Origin: the human T2T-CHM13v2.0 reference genome, Homo sapiens
Length of the DNA stretch: 64,000 nt
Strand: one strand, 5' to 3'
Assembly: GCF_009914755.1 (NCBI RefSeq)
Contig: NC_060934.1
Of this stretch, positions 57,821 through 64,000 are shown piece by piece. How positions within the stretch are numbered: the stretch's first letter is position 1; each line of letters starts with the position of its first letter. The position numbers and the translations under genes were made by a program. The notes under the pieces are model-generated. The model worked only from the letters and a program-made list of their open reading frames with translations, did not search any database and was not told the origin of the DNA.

Positions 57821-59169
57821 ATGCATCGATGAGTAGAAAACTCTGTTTAAAGAATGGATGGCAGGCTAGGTTCACTAAGTAGCAAGTAAGTCACATATAT
57901 CACAATATACCACTTAAATTCATGCCTTGGTGGCATTATAAACTACTAAAGATATAGAACTTTGGTTTTTTTGTCCATGTTATAAGGTGGAAAACTGGCA
58001 TTTTTGAATACCAAGGTTCTACTCTATAAATCAATGGAAGAGGAGAGAGATTTAGGCTTAAATCACAGAAGTTCTAATTGTTGCAAAAATATACTTGATG
58101 CCTATACCTTCTCTCACTCTAAAATATACTTCATCATTGGTGATAAGAAAATTTTGACAACGGAAAAACTAAATTAAGAAAAACTATAATAAAAAAGATA
58201 TCTTTTTAATTTTTAAAAATTATATACTAAGCAATTCAGATTAGCTATTGAATATTAATTTTTACATAGAACTTCCCAGTAACCAAAGCAGGATGAAAAT
58301 GTACATATTTTAATGAAGCTCCACTGTCTGATAAGTAAGAGCATATTAAGATATTTGGTAAAAATCTTTCCCAGATTGAAATTTCAAGAAGCATTTATTA
58401 ACTCGTATATAAGAAGTTTTGGATACTATAAAATACAGTGTTTTAAACTTTAATTTTTCTCTGTCTAGATTTTTATACAGTGACTTATAAAATTAAAGAA
58501 ATGACACTAAATTTAAATTCAAGTAAAGAACTTAAAGATCAAACTGCTCAAGTACACTACTTTACAATGGATAGAGATAGAGCCTAGTGCACTTGACATG
58601 TAAAAATCCAAAAGGAGTGAGTAAACTGTCCTTTAGACAGCTTTTCAGCAGAAGTTTTTGTTTTATTAAATCAATAGGGGCTAAAGTATAAAGAAAGCTT
58701 TATGAGAATAAAGGGAGTTGGGCTCATCTAGAAGAACTTTTGAAATGAAGTAAAAAAGACAAAACTAGACCATTCTGACATGGAAAAATCAGAAATATAG
58801 GCTCAGGGAAAATCCTAACTCTCTGTCAGAAACACAAGGATCATTGTAGCAAATAAAAAGGATTGAGGTTCTATATCCCTTATATGGCCAGGAATAAAAT
58901 GGCGTAGTGAAGGACTTCGGCAAACAAGCAGATCAATTAATATTTACACTAGCTGGTACTAAATTGAATATTTCAGTGTAGTGTCTAAGAATTTATAGTA
59001 AGATTTATCTGGCACAAGGAGTTACAACTGTTGGAAGAAAAAAGATAAAGAAATAAATTCATGTAATACCCTAGGCTCAATATATTAGCCTAGGGTGTGC
59101 TTTTGGGGCAAGATATCTTACAAAATAAAGCCTCTCCTTATGTTCTTTCCTATATGACGTGATTCACAT

Positions 59170-60580
59170 ATGAATCTCCTCTGTACTAAGTAGTGTCCTA
59201 CGTTCTGCAAATGTAGTGCTAAAAGAAGACAACATGTCCCCTGCTGTAATGGAGTTTAGAATTTAGCAGGGAGAAAAATCCATTATATAGGAAATTATAC
59301 AGACACAATGAATATCAAAATGTGAGAATCCACATGTAATGGAAGATTATTGGAGGGAAACTATCTCAGACTTGCGTATCAGAGAAGGCTGGGCTAATCT
59401 GGAATCCTAATGATGAGCAGATACTAGTAAAGGGAAAGAGGGGGCAGTGTAGGAATTGTGTTTCTCAGAGATAATGAAATGGTGTGAGGGTGAGCCTGAT
59501 GGTTGTAAGACCTGAGATTTCTGCACGAGGAGGTAGCATTGAAGAGAAACCGGCAAAATATAATGCAAATGAGAGCAGACCCTGAAGTTCCTTTACAGAG
59601 GGCATTAGGAGATTGGATTTCATGCTAAGGGCAAGGGGTGACACTAAGACCTAAAAGGGCTTTTATGTATGATGATAGATGACAGATTTTTCACTTTGGA
59701 AATATCACAGGAGCTTAAGTATGGACAATGGAAGTTTACAAAACTGATGGCAGGAGACAAGTTAGGAACATGCTGCAGAAATCTAGGTGAGAGGTGCCGG
59801 TGCCTAAACTAAAGGAGGGACCAAGATGGCATGAATGTTCCCCTCCGCTTGAAAACGGCTTTCTCCAAGTTGTAAAACCATCTCCTGTTATAAAGAAAAC
59901 ATTTATGAGAAGTTTTACGATTTCTTTGGTTAAAGGCAATTAGCAAATTTGATGGACTATAATCCCTCTCACCATATCTCTGACAAATCTTTGTTTCAGC
60001 AGAGTTGAGCTCAGAATGAATTCTAGCCTTTGTTCCATTGCAAAAGCCTTGAATAAAGTCTTCCTCTCTTATTTAACTTTGGTGCAATTCTTCTTTGACA
60101 GTGGTGATAGTGGAGATGGTGAAAAATGGACAAGTTCAGAAAATACTTAGAAGAGAGTAAAACCAGAACATGTTGTATGATTAGCTATGGGAAGACTCAA
60201 AAACTATTCCTGAGTTTAGATTTGTGCAACTGAATGTACAGAGGTGCCTTAAGGAATGTAAGAGTTTGAGTAGATTAGTGGATTAAGGTGGTGCATTTAG
60301 GTTTGGAAACAGTGGGATCTACAGATGCCTGTGATTATTTCAAGGAGAGGAAATTTGTAGGCCTCCCAATATATGTAGTCAGAGCTGAAAAGACAGGACT
60401 AGGCTAGAATCACATGCCTACATATGATATTTGAAATCTTGGGATTATGTGACAATGTCTAAGAAAAGTAGGAAGAGCTGGAGGACTATAGGGCTTATAT
60501 GAGAACTCTAATAAACCCTAATGTTTAAAAATAGATAGAGGAAAAGGAAACCATGAAAAATATGAAAAAGATCACCCAGA
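59170..60580 (-). mobile_element. L2 fragment(s) interrupted by an LTR
   Basis: Purine-rich L2 antisense motifs (ggagattggatttcatgctaagggcaagggg; ggtgatagtggagatggtgaaaaatggacaag). Confidence 0.6.
59830..60100 (+). mobile_element. MER31/MER67-like LTR 3' part
   Basis: ttcagcagagttgagctcag..ttgcaaaagccttgaataaagtcttcct..tttaactttggtgcaattcttctttgaca. Confidence 0.6.
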
Positions 60581-61760
60581 AAGATAGGAGAGCAGAGTTA
60601 CTGCCAAACATAAAATTGAAATGATAGTAACCAATGATGAGAAAATGTATTGCCTGCTGTGTTGCTGCTGATTAATGAAATTTTATCTATATTGATTAAA
60701 ACTGTTTTTTATAATAAGCCAAATTAGATCATGAAGATGGTAATGAGGTCATGTGTCCCAATATTCTGTAAGGTAATTCCGTACAAATTTGAGTTATTGA
60801 GAGTATATACTGATAATAATTATGGCCTGTTAAAATGTTTTTAATTTTTAGAGTAAACCACTCATCCATGGAATTGTTTTTCTATTTCATAGTGAAGGAT
60901 ATTCAGGTAACTGCATGTAAACAAGCAAAAGTGAGGCAGTTTTTCCTATCACCAACATAAAGTTTACATGGCATTTTTTTTACACTAAGAACCATCGCAA
61001 GTATTTTAAGATTTGATATGCTCCAGTTCATCTGTTGCTATTGACGTTTTGAGGTTGTGTCCAGTAACCTAGGCAACTGTTCTTATTTCTGTCCTAAATT
61101 ACTTCTATTTATAGACCTTATATAGATTCAATGGCCCCAGAGATTTTCTCTAAGGCAGGGCAGGTTGACAAACTATATGCTCTTAAGTGAATATAATGTT
61201 AAACACATGACAGACCTTAGTCATCAAGCAAAGACTGCATATTACAATTTCTGTAATTTGGGGTCATCAGTATATATGACAAATAATGTATCTTTAAAAA
61301 TGTAGTATAACCTGGTCACAATGAAATATGAAATGACTATCGTTGAAATTATAATATTTAAATGTCTTGTTTTTAATGTTCTATTCATTAAACTCAATTC
61401 CAGCAATTAGAACTAGCAGATTCAAATATCCTTAAATAAAAATCTTACCTAGTCTAATTCAGTGCTAACAAATTCCTTTTCTCACCACTCACCTACAAGA
61501 CACTATAATCAAAGTTTAAGTTGTGTGAGACAGAACAAAACCTTTGATTTAGTATTTAGACCTTATTGGATTTCAAGTTGTACAGGCGGAGGAAAGAATG
61601 ACTGTAGAATATGTTCTTCTTGGGCAGGGGCAAAGAAAGAAGAGGTAATTATAAATGACTACTTGCAGAACTATCTCCAACATGCATCCAATAAATATCA
61701 GAATGAGATGTATTTTTTTCTCTTTTTTTAAAAAATCATTATACATCTAGAAAAATTAAA

Positions 61761-62093
61761 TGTTGTTTTTTTCTTTTTTCTTTCTTTTCTTTTCTTTCTT
61801 TTTTTTTTTTTTAGGCAGTCTCTCACTCTGTCACCCAGGCTGGAGTGCAGTGGACACAATCTCCGCTCACTGCTACCTCCACCTCCTGGGTTCAAGCAAT
61901 CCTCCCACCTTACCCTTCCTAGTAGCTGGGATTACAGGCGTGCATTGCCATGCCCAGCTAATTTCTGTATTTTTAGTAGAGATGGTGTTTCACCATGTTG
62001 GCCAGGCTGGTCTTGAACTCCTGGCCTCAAGTGATCCACCCACCTCAGCCTCCCAAAGTGCTGGGATTAGAGGTGTGAGTCACTGCGCCTGGC
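61761..62093 (-). mobile_element. Alu (Jb/Sz-like) with 12-bp TSD
   Basis: Full dimer; TSD agaaaaattaaa at 61749-61760 and 62094-62105. Confidence 0.95.
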
Positions 62094-62644
62094 AGAAAAA
62101 TTAAAAATTGAAAAGTTTAAGTCCTATGCAACTTTATGAGAACTGACAGAGACAGAAACTAATGGATTACCAAGCTACCAAAGTTCCACAAGGAAGAAAA
62201 ACTCCCAGTGCAGAGCCAGGCATTTTACTAAATGGTGAGGGAAATAAGAACTTGACAACTATTGGGTCAACTTTTCGGTGATGTTGCATTAACAAGAGTT
62301 GCTTTTTTGGATATCTATTTCAGTTCTAGCTTACTTTTGTGAATACAGATTTACATAAACTTGCTGGCATCATTAAGAATCACAATGCCTTCTTCCTTTT
62401 AATCTCTTAAAGCATTTCTTCATTAGTCCCCTTCTTGAGGCAAAAAATAATTTCAAAAGACTTCTGGTAGTAAAGTGTCCATGATGTCAAAAATACTTAG
62501 TACCATGAAACAGGAAACCAAGTAGTCCCATATCAGGAGTCAGAGAGATTTGTATTTACAAAGCTCCCTGAGCTACTCAATAAAAAGTCAAAGCACATCA
62601 GGAGCACACAAAGATCTGCATTTTTCATGAGATTCATTTTATAA

Positions 62645-62890
62645 AAATCAAAATTTATTGTTCACTTCCTATGTGCCAGAAACCAAACAAGAATTTTCAC
62701 ATATCTAATTGAATCTTCAAAAACACCTATAAAATAGATATTATTATTATCATCATCATGATTTTACAGATAAGAAAATTGAAAGTTAGAAATGTAACTT
62801 TATGAAGGTCATATGGACAGTAATTGGTGGAACTGAGATTTGAGTCAAGGTTTATGTGACTCCAAAGTCCATTCTCTTGACTTATACATT
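62645..62890 (-). mobile_element. MIR
   Basis: cttcctatgtgccag..attttacagataagaaaattgaaagttaga..gagatttgagtcaagg..tgactccaaagtcc. Confidence 0.8.
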
Positions 62891-64000
62891 ACAGTAGTTC
62901 TATAAAAGGCAAGTCATTTGCTCACCTATTCTATTCCCCAAACTCTCTTTCAATCAATTTTATGAAGAGCCTTTTTAAACCCACAGTTATTACTCAGGTA
63001 AGTTTGAGGAACGTTCAGCTGCCACCCTGCTGCAACTTAAATAATTTCCTAAGTCTCTACTACGACTGCTGCCCCTATTGCAGAAAATAAAACAGGAAAA
63101 ACTTGTAGAAATTAGAATTCTCGTTTTATTGAAACATCACACAGGCCAATGTGATGAGACAATGACTAAGGAGCAACTGCCTTTGCTCTTCTGGATTCCG
63201 TGGTGGGAACTAACTTTGGATCCTCACCCTGCAGGATCCCCTGCTATATGACCCTACTTGCCCAATACTCCACTTCATCAAGGTGAAGTGACCCACCAAG
63301 AGAGACTTTCAGGGTCTGGGCATTACCAGGTAGTTTCTAAATGGTAATCAACAAGCCAATTTTGCTATTGATAGAAGATTGTAGGATGGGGACGTGTAGA
63401 AATTTGCAAGGTTTAAATACATCTGATTTTAAGGTTTGTGGTCTTCAGTTTAACAAACCATCTTTCTAGTACAGCAATTTATAATATTGACTCTATAATG
63501 CTGGCTGTTGCAATAGTAGATCAATGACAATATTAAGGGATGATGAGACTATTCCAGTTTACAAGTGTGCTGTACTGGAAAGAGAACATGTTTGAGGCCA
63601 AAAGACCTGCGATTTGGTCCCAGTTAATATGGCTTGCATAAACTACTTAAATTTTTTGTTTCATTTCCTAATTAGTAAAACCAAACGGAAAAGATAACAA
63701 AAAATAAGCTCCAGGGCTTTTTATAAATAAGCTACCAATTTGAAAATGTTCTGTAAACTATGATGTGTTAAACAGTATCAGGCACTGCTCTGTTTAAATA
63801 GAAAATATGATTTAGTCTGTATGTCATATAACATTTTAGGAAGCTTTTAGGACTTACAAACATCTTATTAATAAGTTTATAAATTTTATTCTCTTTTAAA
63901 AGGTGTATTTTCATGTCTCTTTTGAATTTGAGTTTTTCAGATAAAAGATGCCTATTTTATTCTGGCTGAAAGCATGAACAGAATAAACAATGAGCTCTGT

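Overview
Primate (most likely human) genomic DNA: AT-rich, no CpG island, dense in retroelements. The only coding sequence I can support is one 182-bp minus-strand exon (34494-34675) with canonical AG/GT splice sites. It encodes AKMTQLPEAEKEKIAEQVADFKKVKSKLDAEIEIWDDTSNDIIVLAKNMCMIMMEMTDFT(R), which I recognise as the start of the C-terminal actin-binding domain of alpha-T-catenin (CTNNA3; from memory exon 15, 10q21.3). The ORF track missed it. The rest is intron: about 14 Alu copies or monomers, several L1s (L1PA13-16-like, L1MA, L1MC/MD, L1ME), LTRs (THE1D, MER39-, MER50-, MER31/67-, MER21-like), DNA transposons (MER5, MER20, MER58B), L2/MIR relics and microsatellites. Subfamily names come from recalled consensus motifs, not a database search. 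I found no new multi-gene system. The best second-look items are: a perfect 76-bp duplication with an inversely templated junction, an ancient L1 with twin-priming geometry, an L1 with its 5' UTR fused to mid-ORF2, inverted Alus around the exon (circRNA candidate), a 29-bp quasi-palindrome, and the RAIM-to-RAKM change in the catenin mechanosensory helix.
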